The notes beneath the pieces are model-generated. The model had not been told where the DNA came from, did no database searches, and saw nothing but the letters and a program-made list of their open reading frames with translations. Below, piece by piece: positions 1 through 13,832 of a stretch of 64,000 nucleotides of DNA. The position numbers were made by a program, and so were the translations under genes. The stretch lies in the NCBI RefSeq assembly GCF_009914755.1, contig NC_060927.1; one strand, given 5' to 3'. The stretch comes from the human T2T-CHM13v2.0 reference genome, Homo sapiens. Position 1 is the first letter of the stretch. Each line of letters begins with the position of its first letter.

Positions 1-455
1 TATGCCTCTGTCTTCATAGGAAATATGATAGCTCATCATGTTTTATGGGATCTTGCTACCGCTGCTATGTGGGACTGTAACCCTTTGTAAAGAGTCGAGA
101 AGCTAATGAACATGCTCTTGGAGATACTTAATCTTTTTTACTTAGTCCTTATTGGTCAGATGACTTTTCAGTCTCTTTGGTCATCTTTGGCTGCAGACCA
201 CACACCCACTACATATATGCATGAACTCACCCACATGTGTGCACACATATACAATTGTATACAAACATGCATGCAGAGCATATATGCCCACAAACCATTT
301 CCATTTTGATTTTAATTGATATTTCCCACACTTTGAAATTGTCTTGCAGGATAATGTGGTTGTAAGATGTTTAGGAACATGAAACGTGTGAAATGTAAAT
401 GTGAAAACTATTAGAGTAACACGAAATTCAACTACATGAGTTTCCAGTAGGCACC

Positions 456-660
456 TAAGTCCATTTTATGCTGCTCTAATAGAATACCTGATACTGAGCA
501 ATTTATAAAGAATATAAATTTTTTCTCCAGTGTTCTGGAGGCCGAGATGTCCAAGATCAAAGGTGTGGCACTGGCAAGGGCCCTCTTGCTGCATATTCGC
601 ATGGCAGAAGGTGAAGGATAAAAGGCGACAAATGTTGTGTCCTCACATGACAGAAAGGAT
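456..660 (-). mobile_element. MaLR LTR fragment (MLT1A/MST-like)
   Basis: agtccattttatgctgct...aatttataaagaat...ttctggaggc...tccaagatcaa matches the reverse-complemented 3' end of MLT1A/MST LTRs as remembered. Confidence 0.75.
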
Positions 661-729
661 TGATATAAAAAAGTAACATTTTATGAAAAAATATAAAATG
701 TTCAAGGGGGACAAAGTCTACATTGCTAA

Positions 730-2290
730 TGGTAAAATCCAAATGAAAATAAACAATCACAAAACTTTAGCTAATGAATGACACAGGAATGTACAAAATA
801 AAAAAAAATTGAAAAAGTCAGGATAATAAGATGCAATATTTTGTATACTAAGTAGATAACAGAATAAAGATAAATCAGCAATAGGATTAATGAGTTGTGT
901 TTAATGGTTGTATTTGAATTATGTCCATCCAAGGAAGAAATAAAAGCACAAATGGAAATAATGTTTGAAAATAATAAAATAATAAATATTAGAGGTTTTT
1001 TGTATGTTTTTTAAAAAAGACTTAAGACCACTAAAATAGACAAAATCTCATAAACATGACCAGGGAAAGAAAAATAAATAACCATACAGTTTATTAGGAA
1101 TGATCAAGAAGATGCAACTAAATCATTATTTGTTTACATTTTAACACATTTAACAGAAAAAATAGAATTCTATGTCAATATATGCCAATATAGATAGACA
1201 TGAATGAAAGAATAATTTTAAAGGATAATACAAAAAACAATCAATCATAGAATAAGTAGGAAAAAAGCTGAATAGAGCTTGAAAGAAATTATTAAAAGTA
1301 TCTAAAAATAACCAGTGAAAAAATGATAGACCCATAAGGCTTTAGAAATGAGTTCTTTCAAACCATTATATAACACAAAATTTTTGTGCCAGTTGAAATA
1401 TTTGATAATAAAAGGTAAGTTTTCCCTCTTTCTTTTCTTATAATTGATTTAACTACAGGAAACTTAGATCGATTTCTTTTAGAAATGGAAATGAAAAATT
1501 CTAAACAAATGGTGACTGCATGAACTCTAGTATATTAAAGAAATTATGTGCTATGGCTAAGTAGGTTTTATTACAGAATTTTAATGATGGCTTATTAATA
1601 AAATATATGTATGTTATAATAATCCATTATGTTAGTAAGGGAAAACGTATGGCTATCTATTCATGATTAAAGTAAATTATAAGTAAAATAGGGCTAGAAG
1701 AGTAGTTTATACATGTAATAAAAATATATCTGACAAAGCACTTAGCATCATACTTGAAACGCAAACACTAGAGTCATGTTCTTTACAAGTCAAGATTGTC
1801 AAGATTGTCTGTTCTCCCTGCTACATCACAATTCATATACCGTATAATAAAGATAGCATTTCAAATCAATAGGATAAAACATAGATATTCAATAATATTG
1901 TTTGGAAAACTATGAATAATGAAAACACCAAGGAAACAAAATTAGGGAGGATTTGAAGCATTTATATAAGCATAACTCTCAAGTAGACAAAGGATGTAAT
2001 GGTGGAACAAATGATTAGCATACGTGGAAAGTATAAGTGCATATTTATGTTAGTTTGGAGTGACAAGAGCTTTAAAACTATAATGGAAATTATAAGGAAA
2101 GATTTGAAAGGAAATAAAGAAAAATCACTATAAATTAAAAAAAAGAACACTGGAAAAATATTTTTGAACAAATATGGCAGTTACAACGTTAATATCTTTG
2201 TAAAGAGCTGTTACAAATCAGTAAATATATACATAATCCTTAAAAAAACAGGCAATTGACAGAAAAGGAAACACAAGTTGTCAGGAGACA
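730..2290 (+). mobile_element. Ancient degenerate L1 (L1M/L1ME) ORF2 relic
   Basis: Strongly A-rich plus strand with decayed ORF2 landmarks (aaatagacaaaa, ctaagtaggttttattacagaa, aaagcacttagcatcatactt); no open frame. Confidence 0.6.
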
Positions 2291-2994
2291 GGAAAGAAAC
2301 AATAATGACCTTATCCCTTATCTTACTAGTTAAGCAACAATTGGTGTTGGAAAAATTGAGGGAATGAATGAAAGATAATCAATTAACTCAGGCCAGTAAA
2401 AAGTAGTGATTCAGATGCAGGCTTTGAAGTAGAACTATTTGAGTTAAAATGCTCTCCTACCACTAACTGCTAATCTCAGTTTACTTCTCAGTACTCAATG
2501 CCAACATTTATAAATTAACAGGGGTTGCCTTTATACAATCACCTGTTGAGGTTATGTGAAAACATGCCCACTTGAAACTTACAGAAGCATATCTAAGCCT
2601 AATGTCTGTCTGTTTCTTTATTACCTACTTATTTATTTATATCTGGCATCCACTGTTTATATATCTTTCTAACTATATTTCTACATCTCTATGTTAAGAA
2701 GGCATGAGGTGAGAGGGCAATGAAGCAGAGAGAGGAGAGAGAGAAATTGGGTCTGTAAGGGTACACATTCAAAGATGGTTCAGTAGTTATATCTTGCAAA
2801 TTTTTCTCTATATTTTTACAAGAGTATTTAAGCTGAAAATATATAATATCTATAATAAAATTATTGAAACATGATTTAAAAATGACAGATAGTATGGTAA
2901 AGACAGTTCGTTGGCTGTCTTATTATTAAGTCATTTGGGTAATCCCAATATAATGGGATATAATGACTTATATTATTAGTCATTTGGGTAATCC

Positions 2995-3295
2995 ATGACT
3001 ACTCATACTAGCTAAACCCTGAAATATCAGTGGCTTAGCATGTGCTTTAAGTTTATTTCTTGCTCATATTACTGCTTTATGGAGCCACCCCACTTGGAAC
3101 GTACGGCCTCTAAGTTTGCCATTTCAAGGGAAGAAAGTAACTGGAAGGTTACTGTGGACTTTTTAAGGGTTTACAGCATTTATTCCCACATTCCTTTGGT
3201 TTAAACTTTGTTATATAGTCCAAACCTAATTGTAAAGGGAGCTGGGAGATGCAGAGAAGCCATGGAGATGTGATGAGCATTAATGGTTTCTGCCT
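2995..3295 (-). mobile_element. Old MLT1-type LTR fragment
   Basis: aaaccctgaaatatcagtggctta...tttatttcttgctcat and cccacattcctttggt...aagggagctgggagatgcag resemble old MLT1 LTRs in reverse. Confidence 0.45.
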
Positions 3296-4071
3296 TTGCT
3301 GGAGTCTGAATGGGACCAAGTTCTCCGGGATAACCCAGTTGCACTGTTAACTCTTTAGAACCATCTCCAGAGTGCTTCATTCTAATAATGCCTTTGCAAT
3401 AACACCATCACCTGGGAATTGGTTGGAGAGTCTTGAATTAGCCCTCTATTTTCATAAAAGATGGTAAATCTGGCCCATATATCATCATGATCATCATTAA
3501 ACCCAGAGTAGATCTGCATTCTAGGTCAGAGGACAAAAATGCTGCTTTCTAATTCTTACCTAATGGTTAGCTGAATTAAGAGATATTTGGAAGTGAATAG
3601 GGGGGATTTCTCTTTGAAAGTATTATAATTCTTAGACCAAGCAGGACAAATAAAAATACTCCATAAATTCTTCATATTATTCCCTTCCTTTCCGTGTCAT
3701 TACATCTCTCTCTCCACCCCTCGAGATTGCGTTCATAATTTGCATCTTGGTCTCACGGCTGAAGGTCCTAATGAAACCTATTCTTGCATTTGCATTTGGG
3801 TTATTGTGCACAATATATCTGAGTGGTTCATGTATGAACCTCCAAGTAAGAAATTTCTTTCAATACTGAGTTCTAAGAAAAGCTTGGCTTATTTTGAGGG
3901 ATGTTTTAGTTTACTCATTTATTTATTATTTCATGCTTTCTTTTTTGCTTTGACCACCAGAAGACACACTCAAAACATTAGTTCAACTAGCACACATAGG
4001 ACATTAAGGGCTGTGAATATGTATTGCACCATCCTTGCCCCCATGCTGATCTTTCATTTAGATTTACATTC

Positions 4072-4113
4072 TTGGGTCCTAAATTTTCATTTTTGGGTCC
4101 TAAATTTTCATTT
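4072..4113. repeat. Perfect 21-bp tandem duplication
   Basis: ttgggtcctaaattttcattt occurs twice adjacently (4072-4092, 4093-4113). Confidence 0.95.
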
Positions 4114-4839
4114 TTATTTATGTTTTAGTATTTTAACATGCATTTTAAAGTCACCTTAATTCCCATGTGCCAAAGGAGGAGTTATAAATATATTCACCCT
4201 GGGGAATCAGCCAGCCCAAGAACTTCCAGGATGATTGCTTGAAGGGCTCTTTTGATACAGACAGTTGGGGTGCATTTGGTTTTGGAGCCAAATTTTACAG
4301 AAATGTATCAATTTATTGGGCATTCTCCTGTGCATATTTTAGTAAAGAGCAAGCTTGGATGATAGGATGTTTATGGGAAGTAAAGAGAAATGTGACAGTC
4401 AATTTAAAAAGGAACAAAAATAAATCATAGCGAGTCCTTTTAGGATTCACAAAGGGTTTTTGCATTCTTCTAGTCTAGAGGGCATGTTTGTATCTCACTT
4501 ATGTATTGCTTCACTAATGAGTGGGGAAGTAAGACACTGACTAGACTATTAATATCCCTCTAAAGATAATAGTCATAAGTAAAAAAAATAGGATTTGCCC
4601 ATTTCTCAGAATATAGAATGTTACAGATAGAGAGCAGTATTAGATTACGCCTATGACCTGGTTTCCATGGCAACACATTCATTATCTTATCTCATTCTTT
4701 TCTAAGTTACCCAATTTAACTGCCTTATCCCTTTTATCACACCTCCCCCTCATTAAACACTTACCAGATCCTTTTCTGATGCTATGTAGGCAGTATAACA
4801 GCTTTCACAGCTGCTTGCTGAATGAAATGGGCAAATGTG

Positions 4840-4865
4840 CACACACACTCACACACACACACACA
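4840..4865. repeat. (CA)n microsatellite
   Basis: Direct reading, one interruption. Confidence 0.9.
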
Positions 4866-5892
4866 ACGCTCTGGGAGTATGTGTAGGGAGAGGAATTTCA
4901 GCAGTATTTCAGGATCAAGGGATGCAAGTGGCAGGTATGTGTTCTATATATATATACACATACACAGTGCATCCCTCTGGCACATTTTGTGCAGAAATGT
5001 GCCCCACCTTAGTGCACAGAGCTGCCATGTGTCGATTTGATCGAGTTTGGGTTCTCCTGACAGTGTGACAGGCTATTAATCACATGTGACCAAAATAGCA
5101 CACAAAGGAGAGCACTTCTGTTTTTTTCTTTCCCTGGGTGGGAATGGGTGATTTGCTGAAACTCCTTGTCTTTCCAGTCTTTGTGGTTTCCTTTTTTAGA
5201 TTTTGTCTTTTTGTCACCCTTCACCCTTATTAGAGGACTTCTCATTTAGAATTGTGAAGTAGGTGTGTTATCTTTGGTGGCTGAGGTCATAGGGACAAAG
5301 TCAGCAGAATAGGGATTACATTAAAAAAAATAGACACCTATTTTATATTGACTTGTTTCCTCCTGAGACCCATTGAGAGGATCATATGACTTCACAATTA
5401 TTGCTTTAATGGCTTTATCTTACTTAGGGGGATGTAATATTCAGGAGTTAAAACATTTTAATGGCCAGGTCATGGTGACAGTAAATGCTTATCTTTGTAC
5501 GTGTTTATAAATATGTAACCTGGCATATTTATTATGTTTCTACATATTCTATTTCAAGGTGAGGTAATCACATGCTATGCTGTTGGAAATTTCTAGTAGG
5601 AGGTAGTGAGCCTTTTATGCCAGAGTCGGCTATCACATGCCATTGCCTTGCTCAGGAGTGGCCTTGGGTACTCGATGTGTCTAACCCCTTCTATCAATGA
5701 TGAGAAATGGCCAAAAATGAGTGGACTTGATTTCATGGTCCCTATAGCCCAAGAACATAAGTTATGTTGGCTTCATTTGTCACTGTGCCTGAGGTTGGAG
5801 TACAGATATGTGGAATCCTGTCTGCAGCAGAAAGGTTATGGGAGATGGGCAAGATCAAAGCCAGGAGAGCAGAGTTCAACCATATTCTAAGG

Positions 5893-6099
5893 AGGAGTCA
5901 GCAGACATTTTCTGTAAATGGCCAGATAGTCTTTGCAGATCATAGTCTGTTACAACCACTCAGCTCTGCTTTTGTAACATGAAAGTGGTCACAGACAATA
6001 TATTAATGAATGCACATAGCTGTGTTTCAATAAAAATTTATTTACAGAAACAGATAGTGGGCTGAATTTGACCTGCAGGCCATAGTTTGCTGATCCCTG
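5893..6099 (-). mobile_element. MER58A-like hAT-Charlie MITE
   Basis: TIR-like ends aggagtcagca...tgctgatccctg; internal ttttctgtaaatggccagatagt and caataaaaatttatttacagaaaca; near 8-bp TSD ttctaagg/ttcttagg. Confidence 0.85.
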
Positions 6100-6221
6100 T
6101 TCTTAGGAATGGGACCAAGTACATAGTAATTACTGAGATGTGGAGTCAAGCAAGAAAGATGGGGTGATCAACAAATCTGTCAAGAGAAAAAGTAAGAAGT
6201 AATAGTAAAACCTGACAATTA

Positions 6222-6430
6222 AATTATAGTCACCGTATGCCAGTCAATCTTCTAAGTATTTTATGTAGATTAAATCATTGCACCTTCATAACAACAATCC
6301 CAGGAGAAAAGTACTTTTTGACTGGCTGAGAAACATGGAGGTTATATGATGATCCCAAGGTCACAACACTGTTTATTGACAGGGCTGGGAACCAAACACA
6401 GATTTTAAAATTCATGTTCTTAATCAATGT
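6222..6430 (-). mobile_element. MIR SINE
   Basis: MIR core in reverse: tgagaaacatggagg...cccaaggtcacaac...ctggggaacc. Confidence 0.6.
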
Positions 6431-6679
6431 GATTTATTCATACTGTAAAGCTGTCAAGTGAGAGATGGTCAGGAGGAATTCTGGGGATGGAGTTCATATA
6501 CCACAGGAGACCTTATATCGTCTCAGAGTGGGCTGAATTTGAAAGCCCAGAATGGGATGGACAGGCTGTACATCCACTACCCCGGCACCAAACTGCAATT
6601 GAGTGGGGCTGGAGAAAGGCAGAGGCTGACAGAAAATCTCCACTATGACGTTAACTTTCTTTGCATATGAAATATACAA

Positions 6680-7735
6680 AGAAATGTGTGTACAAATATA
6701 CATATTAAAGAGTACACATATTTATAATGTAAGGAATAATAATAAACACCCTTGAATTCACCATCCCACTTAGATTATTATTAAGACCATAGAAGGTTCC
6801 TCCAAGTGTCCCTCCCTAGTTCTACTCCATTCTGTCTCCCCCTAAAATAACTCATTATTTTTCATATTTAATTAATATTTGCCTTGCTTTTCTTTATAGT
6901 TTTGTGACATATGTATGGAGTCTAAACAGTATATTATTTGGTATTGTCTGTATTTTATCTTTTATATGAATGGAATAGAGACTATTTCCTCAGCATTAAA
7001 CCTTTTAAGTCCATACATCTTGTTCCATCTCATTGTACTTCATGTATTTCTATTGCTTTACAATATTCCATTGTATGAATATACTCTATTTATTTATTCA
7101 TCCTGTTAATGGCCATTAGGTCTGCTTTAAGTTTTTAATCTATTATGGATAATGCTACTATAAACATTTATGTATGTATTTCATCTTATGGCGTACAGGT
7201 ACCAGAATTTCTCTAGGAGATATTCGTATGAGTGAAATTCCTCGCTCATAGTCTGTAAATGCATTTAACTTCAAGAGGTAATGGAAAACTGGGTGCGGTG
7301 GCTCACACCTGTAATTCCAGCATTTTAGGAGGCTGATGTGGGCTGATGACTTAAGTTCAGGGGTTCAAGACCAGCTTGGGAAACATAGAAAAACCTCATA
7401 TCTACAGAAATACAAAACATTAGCAGAGCATGGTGGTACATGCCTGTAGTCCCAGCTACTCAGGAGGCTGAGGTGAGAGGATCTCTTGAGCCTGATGGTG
7501 GAGGCTGCAGTGAACCTAGATTCAGCCACTGCACTTTAAACTGGGTGATTAGGTGAGAACCTGTCTCAAAAAGAGGTAATGGAAAATTGTTTTCCAACAT
7601 GGTTGTAACAATCTATTATGTCTACCAGCAGTGGCAGAGAGTTGGTGTGGCTCTATGTCCTTGCTAGCACTTCATGTTTGCTAATCTGGTAGATGTGACA
7701 CAGTGTCTCATTGTGGTTTTAACTTGCATTCCCCT
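6680..7735 (-). mobile_element. Old L1M 3' end, interrupted by Alu
   Basis: T-rich strand with ORF2 3' landmarks (aatattccattgtatgaatatac, tctcattgtggttttaacttgcatt) that continue on both sides of the Alu. Confidence 0.75.
7289..7570 (+). mobile_element. Full-length AluJ-type SINE
   Basis: Dimeric Alu from ctgggtgcggtggctcacacctgtaat to ctgtctcaaa; J-type ggatctcttgagcc; perfect 16-bp TSD aagaggtaatggaaaa at 7273-7288 and 7571-7586. Confidence 0.95.
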
Positions 7736-8127
7736 GGTTGCACTTGAAGTTTTTTTCTCAGGCATTAATATTATTGCCCTCATACTCTTCCTAATTATTA
7801 TGGACAAATATCACATAGACTCTTGCATGGTTTATGGGGAAACCTGCCTTTTTTATCTCCTTCATGCTGACAGGGTTAGTGGATAGGCAGCAACGCAAAC
7901 ACAGAAATATCCTCTCTGGATGCAATTGAACAAATTTGTGCCTCTGCATGAATCAAAATTCCATTATTTCTCCTAGGTTTTGGAGGGAGAAACACCCAGG
8001 TTTATTATAATAATATTCCATCTCCATCACAAACTAGCAGAAAGAACTTGAGAAAAGTTATTTAACTTCTTGAAATTTTAGTTGCCTCAGTAATAAGATA
8101 AACACAATAGTATTCCTCAATGCTGGA

Positions 8128-8581
8128 TATTGACTGTTGATTCTAAGCTCTTTCTTGTTTTTTAGGGGCTAAAATTCTGAAAACTACATTTTCCAGGACC
8201 CCTGGTCAACAGGGTTCTGGTTTAGTTTTTCCAATGTGGGACATGTAGGTAGCGGCCCTTTAAGACAGAAGAGGAGAAGCATTTGTTGCTCTCTTGTTTT
8301 GGAGAATAGCCATGTAGACATGTAATGAACATGAAATTCACAGTATCTTCCAGGTGAACTTCTGTGAAACCCTACTTCAGTGTAACATGCAGATGAGATC
8401 ATTGGCAGGGGCTTCCTGTGGTTCGAATATTTTCTAATTTCTTCAAAGCTAGCAGAAGTTCTCACCAGCCTTCAGTCTTTAGTCATTGTATTTAATACTC
8501 TCTGTATTAATCCATTTCTCTAAAACAAAGTGGTTTTTAAGAGAATTCTGAAATATAAACCTGAATTCTGACTGCTATACA
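8128..8581 (+). mobile_element. LTR33-like ERVL LTR
   Basis: ggggct...aaactacatttttccaggacccctgg...ttctggtttagtttttccaatg and a ctgactgctataca terminus. Confidence 0.6.
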
Positions 8582-8594
8582 TTACCTCACCCTA

Positions 8595-8685
8595 CCTAAC
8601 TACTTTGGGCTGTTGTGAAGATTCATGGAGTAATTCATGTATAACACCTAGTATGAGCCTGGCACATAGTGGGTATTCTATAAGC
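8595..8685 (+). mobile_element. MIR 3' fragment
   Basis: gggctgttgtgaagatt...gcctggcacatagtgggtattc. Confidence 0.6.
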
Positions 8686-10668
8686 ACTCACTTTCTCCAC
8701 TTTTTTTTTTAAAGAGGATTATCTCCAACTTTGAAATGTAGAAATGGAAACAGATGGAGAATGGTGAGGAAGCTTGCTTTAGACAGTAAATTAGGAGACC
8801 TTGGATGAGCGTGCATATGAAACTTGGTTTCCATGACACCCAGGCCAGGGCTTGAATGCATCTTCTCCAGCACTGCCAAATCTGTGGTGAGGGTCTCAAA
8901 TGTCTGAGAGCCAGCTTTGTGAGCTGCTCGCCAGGTTCAGTCTCCACCAGGTGTGTTGGAATGCCAGCATCCCTCTCTCACTGCGACGCTGACTTTCTTT
9001 ATAGTGTTTACTCTGAATTTCATTTAAAAAATCCCTACCTAGAGTTATTCCTTGATCAGGTTCCTGCTAATACCTGCCAGGAAATTTTCTAAACCATTTT
9101 CTAGGTTGAGTCAACAAATAGAAACTACCTCCCTCCACACTGTTGAAGCTTCATCTGGAAAGTAATTGGTGTAGCTATGGCCTGTTCATTTCTCCACTGG
9201 CCTCAAACAGGCTTGAAATAAAGTTCAAAGTGTGACTGGTTAACAATCAGAAATGCTGACAGGCCTGAGCTCATTTCCCGAGACTCCTCTGCTACTGTGT
9301 TTTGGCATTTTCATAGTCCTTCATGAACAATCTCAGAAAAGCTAGGCTGCAAATCAAATTCTATCTTCAGAGTTCTTGCTCTTTTTAAAATATCGAAAGA
9401 AATGCTGCACGGAGAGGGGATGGTATCCTCTTCCCTTCTCGGCATCATCCTTCCCATCCATTCTCTGTGTGAATTAAGCAAAGCATGCCTCTGTTGTCCT
9501 CAAGTTTCTCCTTTCTAAACCTTTTCTCCTCTTCTAAGATCCCCCTTTACACATCAAAGTCTCAGTGTTCTGAATGAATGTGTATTACTGTGTTCCCTCT
9601 CCAAGGGATATATACATTTTTAAGGCCTGTTTCTGCCTGGTGTGGAAAGCTCTGCTTACTTTTGTCCTCAACACACATATAAAATGCCTTATGTGTAACT
9701 GGCATTGTGATAGGCAGTGGGGACAAGAATGCAGAAACTCTTCCTGTTCTCAAGAAGTCCAGAAGGGAAGACATTACCATACAGTGTATGGTGCCAGCTT
9801 TTCTGTGGGAGCTCAGGCTTGGGGAAGGTCATGGGTATCAGAGGATGAGCTTGAAGAGCAACTTGGGCAAAGCAGGGGAGGACTCACACTGAGGTTGAGT
9901 AGCCGCGGGATTTTCATCCCTCTCTGGCTGGTGAAACTCCCTCTGGGATATCCATGAGACTTTTCCTGCTTACTGGATCTGCTGGCAGAACATGTAGGGT
10001 GGCTTTGTTTGAGAGAGTCCAGCTTCAAGAGAGCCTCATCCTGAGGAGCTAAGAATGTGTTCTTTAGAAATAGGGACATTACAGGGAGGTACGAGAGGAG
10101 CTGCTGGGAATTGGTGGGAGTGATGTGGGTGGCGGGAGTGATCTGCCACCACTCTCTTTGCTCTAGAACAAGGCAAGCCCCCTTAGGCACACATAATGCC
10201 AGCACAGAGCACAAGTGGCCAGGGACCTGTCCATTTGCCCATCTATGTGTCTGCAGTTATAGTAAGGCATATTACCAGAGCTGACTGATGGGCTTCCCGT
10301 GGTGCTCTTGGATCTCAAGCCAGACACCTCTGCAAGCCTCTAAGCAACTCCGCAAGACTGACTCCGGGGCTGCAGAGTCAGGCCAGAAGTGTTAGAGATG
10401 GGCGTGTGCTTTTCAGAGAGAGAGGACATGATGATTCATTAGTCATTTATGGAACACCTGCCTTGTTCCAGCACTGCACTTGGTAAATGACAGAATCCCT
10501 GCCACAGACTAGCAGGGGAGACAAAATGTAAATTATCAAAGCACAGAGCAGGGACCATCCCTTGGGAACTATCTGGAAAATATGTCAAGATTCAGGGAAT
10601 TTAGTGGGAGACATGCTGATATCAGGGGTTGGAGACCTGGTTTAGAGGCTTTGGAATTAGGAAACTTT

Positions 10669-11115
10669 TGTAGTTTTAGTGCCCTAAAAGCACATCCTGA
10701 GATAGGGACCTGGGTAAGTCATTTATTTGGGCAATGATCTCAGGCAGCACAGTAAGAGTGTGGGTAAGTGGGACAGGGTGGGTGGGGAAGGCCAATAAAG
10801 GTGCATTGGTAAGCAGGTCACTGCCATGGGCAACAGGTGTCAATCCTGATGGGGACCTTATAAGGGGATGTTTAGAGCACATTTCAGATTCTGTCCCTGT
10901 AAGGGGTGAGGAAGCTGGGACATTTACTCACTAGCTCCTATCACAGCTCAGCATTGAGAGTGGCCCCCAGGACCTTACCTCCTTGGCACTTCTGGCCTGT
11001 CCTGAGCCCAGACTGAGCATATGCCCAGGACACGAGAGTGTGCATATGGAAACAGACTGTGGGTGACCTCAAGGTGTCAAGAAAGGCCCTGGATGGGCCC
11101 TGATACTTTCTGCTA
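10669..11115 (-). mobile_element. LTR16-like ERVL LTR
   Basis: cctgagatagggacctgggtaagtcatttatttggg...gaaggccaataaaggtgc...gggcaac; same family pattern as 30331, 49800 and 61222. Confidence 0.65.
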
Positions 11116-12483
11116 TGGGAGCCAATAGAAGGGAAAAGACACATCATGAAGCTACTTGAATCAGGGGTGTTGGCCGTGAAATGCTGTACCCTCTAAGCTT
11201 CATTTTACTTTTTCAATTTTGTTTACTCCTTTCGATGGATGGAGGGAGGGTCAGATTATCCAAAGTGTCCTTTTTCCCATTTTTATACTATGGTCACCTA
11301 TGTCAGAATAAAGTGAAAAAGAAAAAAATGTATATATAGGCTGGTTTGTGTTAATTAGGGTATATGAGTGTGTGAACGTATATGTTTACATTCATTTACA
11401 TATAAAGGTGTAGGTGTATATTTGTTTGTACATCTTATATATGGATTTTGTGATTTCTCAGTAAAATAATAGAGCCAAAAAGGAGGAGGGTCATTCTTTT
11501 AACATACTCACACTAGGGCCCTCCTATTTTACTTGGTGATCAGTTTATTACAGTTTAGCATATGTTAAAAACAACGTTAGCTGTGCCTTCTGTGTTTTAT
11601 CTCTAGAGTTAGGTTTATTACTTAGTGCTTTACTGGGGAAATTAGTCTGACAAGTTTTGATTTTAGAGCCATCTCATTTCCTGGCAAAGCATCTCCATCT
11701 TTTCTTACTGTTTTTTAAGGCAGGAATAAAGAGTGGTCATTTTTTTATACCAGGGAGAGTATCAGGCAATTGGATTAAAGGAAATGGAATACATTTGGCC
11801 TTGTTTGCCAAATCCCTTTGTGGTTTTCCTCATTTGTAAAATGGGAATGATGCTGTCTGTTGCAGAGGGTGATTGTCAATATGTAATGAGATAATGGATC
11901 TAAGAAGACTTCTAGACTCCAATGTCAGGCAGGCTTCAAGGAGAGACTAAGAGGCGGCCTGATTCCAGGAACATCTAAGAACTTTACCCAGTGGGTGTGT
12001 TGGAGCATGGGGTTAAGGCAGTAAACAGCTTTACTTCAACTCACACAGCCCAAAGACACCTCTGTGAAAAGGAAGAGCTCCCTGTGAGCAATCTAAGTCC
12101 ATCAACTGTATGAGCAAAAACTGCATTAGAAACAGGGAGAGAAAAGCGGATGTGGCAGAGAGTGGGAAGTGCTAATAATACATTTGGAAGGTCCACTCCA
12201 TCGGATGCCATTCTTGTGGCTCTACAACAGCATTTCACTTCTTCTACATGCTATTTTTCCATAGCAGTCATTGTTATTATCATTCTAGAAAAAATGTGGC
12301 TTAGAGAGTAACTTCAGAAAAGCATTTGAATCCAGGTCTGTCTGATGCTCAAACTTACCTTCCTTCTGCATGGTGTTGCAAACCCAAGAAAGAAGCCTGG
12401 TATTGCTACTTAAAGCAGCCTACAGTCATCATTGTTACAATGCTGCCTTTTTGTAGCAGAAGAGGGAAACATAGGAGGCCTTA

Positions 12484-13004
12484 TGTAACTGTAATAGGTT
12501 CATTACCTGATGCACACAGTAAGTCAACGAATTGAGACACTGTGTTTCAGCAGAGAAAGGTTTAGTCATAGGGCCACCAAATGAGGAGATGGGGGGAACG
12601 CTCAAATCCCTCTCCCTGAGGTTAGGGTTTTTTAAGGATTTTGGAGTGGACTGAATTGTAGAGAATGTTGACTGGTTGAAGAGCGCAGGGTAAAGTCATG
12701 GGACAGGGAGATGAAGAAACTATATTTTTATTCTGATTTGATTCCTCTGTGGGGGTCTTTCAACTGATTGGCTTCAGCCATTCCACTGGAATTTGGGATC
12801 TCAAAGACATCTTAAGTGATGATTAAACAAAAGCCTTATAATTCTGTCAGAGATCTTGTCTACAGCAGCAATGGGGATGCAAATTGTCACTATCTAGTGC
12901 TATGTGATTTTGGCAAGGAAGTGGGCCAAGTGCAGCATGATTGATGTTTAATTATAACCATATTTCTGTTCATAATTCTTGTTAACCCTGTGAAGATGGC
13001 TTCA
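12484..13004 (-). mobile_element. ERV1-class solo LTR (LTR8/LTR26-group-like)
   Basis: TG...CA termini (tgtaac...ttca), flanks ctta/cttg as an imperfect 4-bp TSD, ctcaaatccctctccc and gtttttaagga motifs. Confidence 0.65.
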
Positions 13005-13464
13005 CTTGCTTATTGGCTGAAGGTCTGCAAGGACTCAATTCACATATCTGATCATACCTGGAGTCCAGACTTTCTCCTGATGCCTGGTAAGAACCCTAGG
13101 TTCAAGGATGCATTTACTGTGTCTCTGAAATTTTCCTCCTAACCTCAGGATTAGTTCTCACTCAGAGCTCCAGTCTCTACTCCATGCATTTCTTATCCAC
13201 ACTCTTTTCCAGGCATCCCATTTTTTTACAGTTCCTAAACTTGCCACACTAATCCATGCATCCATGCCTCTGCCTTAAAATGCCCCTCTTCTTTCCCACA
13301 ATTATCTTGCTCTTGTTCTTTTTCTAGGGCTCATATCATGTGTCTTCTTTCCCATGCAACCTTTTTAGATCCGCCCAAGCAGAATTTACTACTCCCTTCA
13401 TTGTGTCATCACAAACCTATGCCATATTTGCACTTAACTCATTGCATTGCCATTATAAATTTGT

Positions 13465-13832
13465 TTTTCCATGGCAGAAACTGTTAAGACTCAGCAACAG
13501 TGTGTTGTGTGTTCCTCTATATTTCCCAGACCCCTTTGCCATTAGGTCGGCTCCGTATGACTGAGTTCTAGCCAGTGAGGTATGGGCAGAAGTGATGTGT
13601 ACCAATTGCGAGCTCGACTTTTGAAATCATCCCACGTGATCCTCCTGCCATCTACCAGCCATCCTTTTTGATCTTGAAGGTCTTATGCCTCAGATTGTGT
13701 AACTACAGGATGAAGGAAGGCCACTCAACCCACACTTGGACATGATGTAAGCAAGAAATAAACTTGTAATGTATTAAGCCACTAAAATGTTGGGTATGTT
13801 GGGCAGATGGCATTAATTACCTTGATTAATAT
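13465..13832 (+). mobile_element. MLT1I/J-like LTR within L2 remnants
   Basis: tatttcccagacccctttgc...tgactgagttctagccagtgag...gcagaagtgatgtg; aagaaataaactt...taagccact end. Confidence 0.7.

Noticed and set aside
3740-4159. 139-aa ORF with repeated WVLNFHF
   Set aside because: The repeat is the 21-bp tandem duplication; non-ATG start and no recognisable homology
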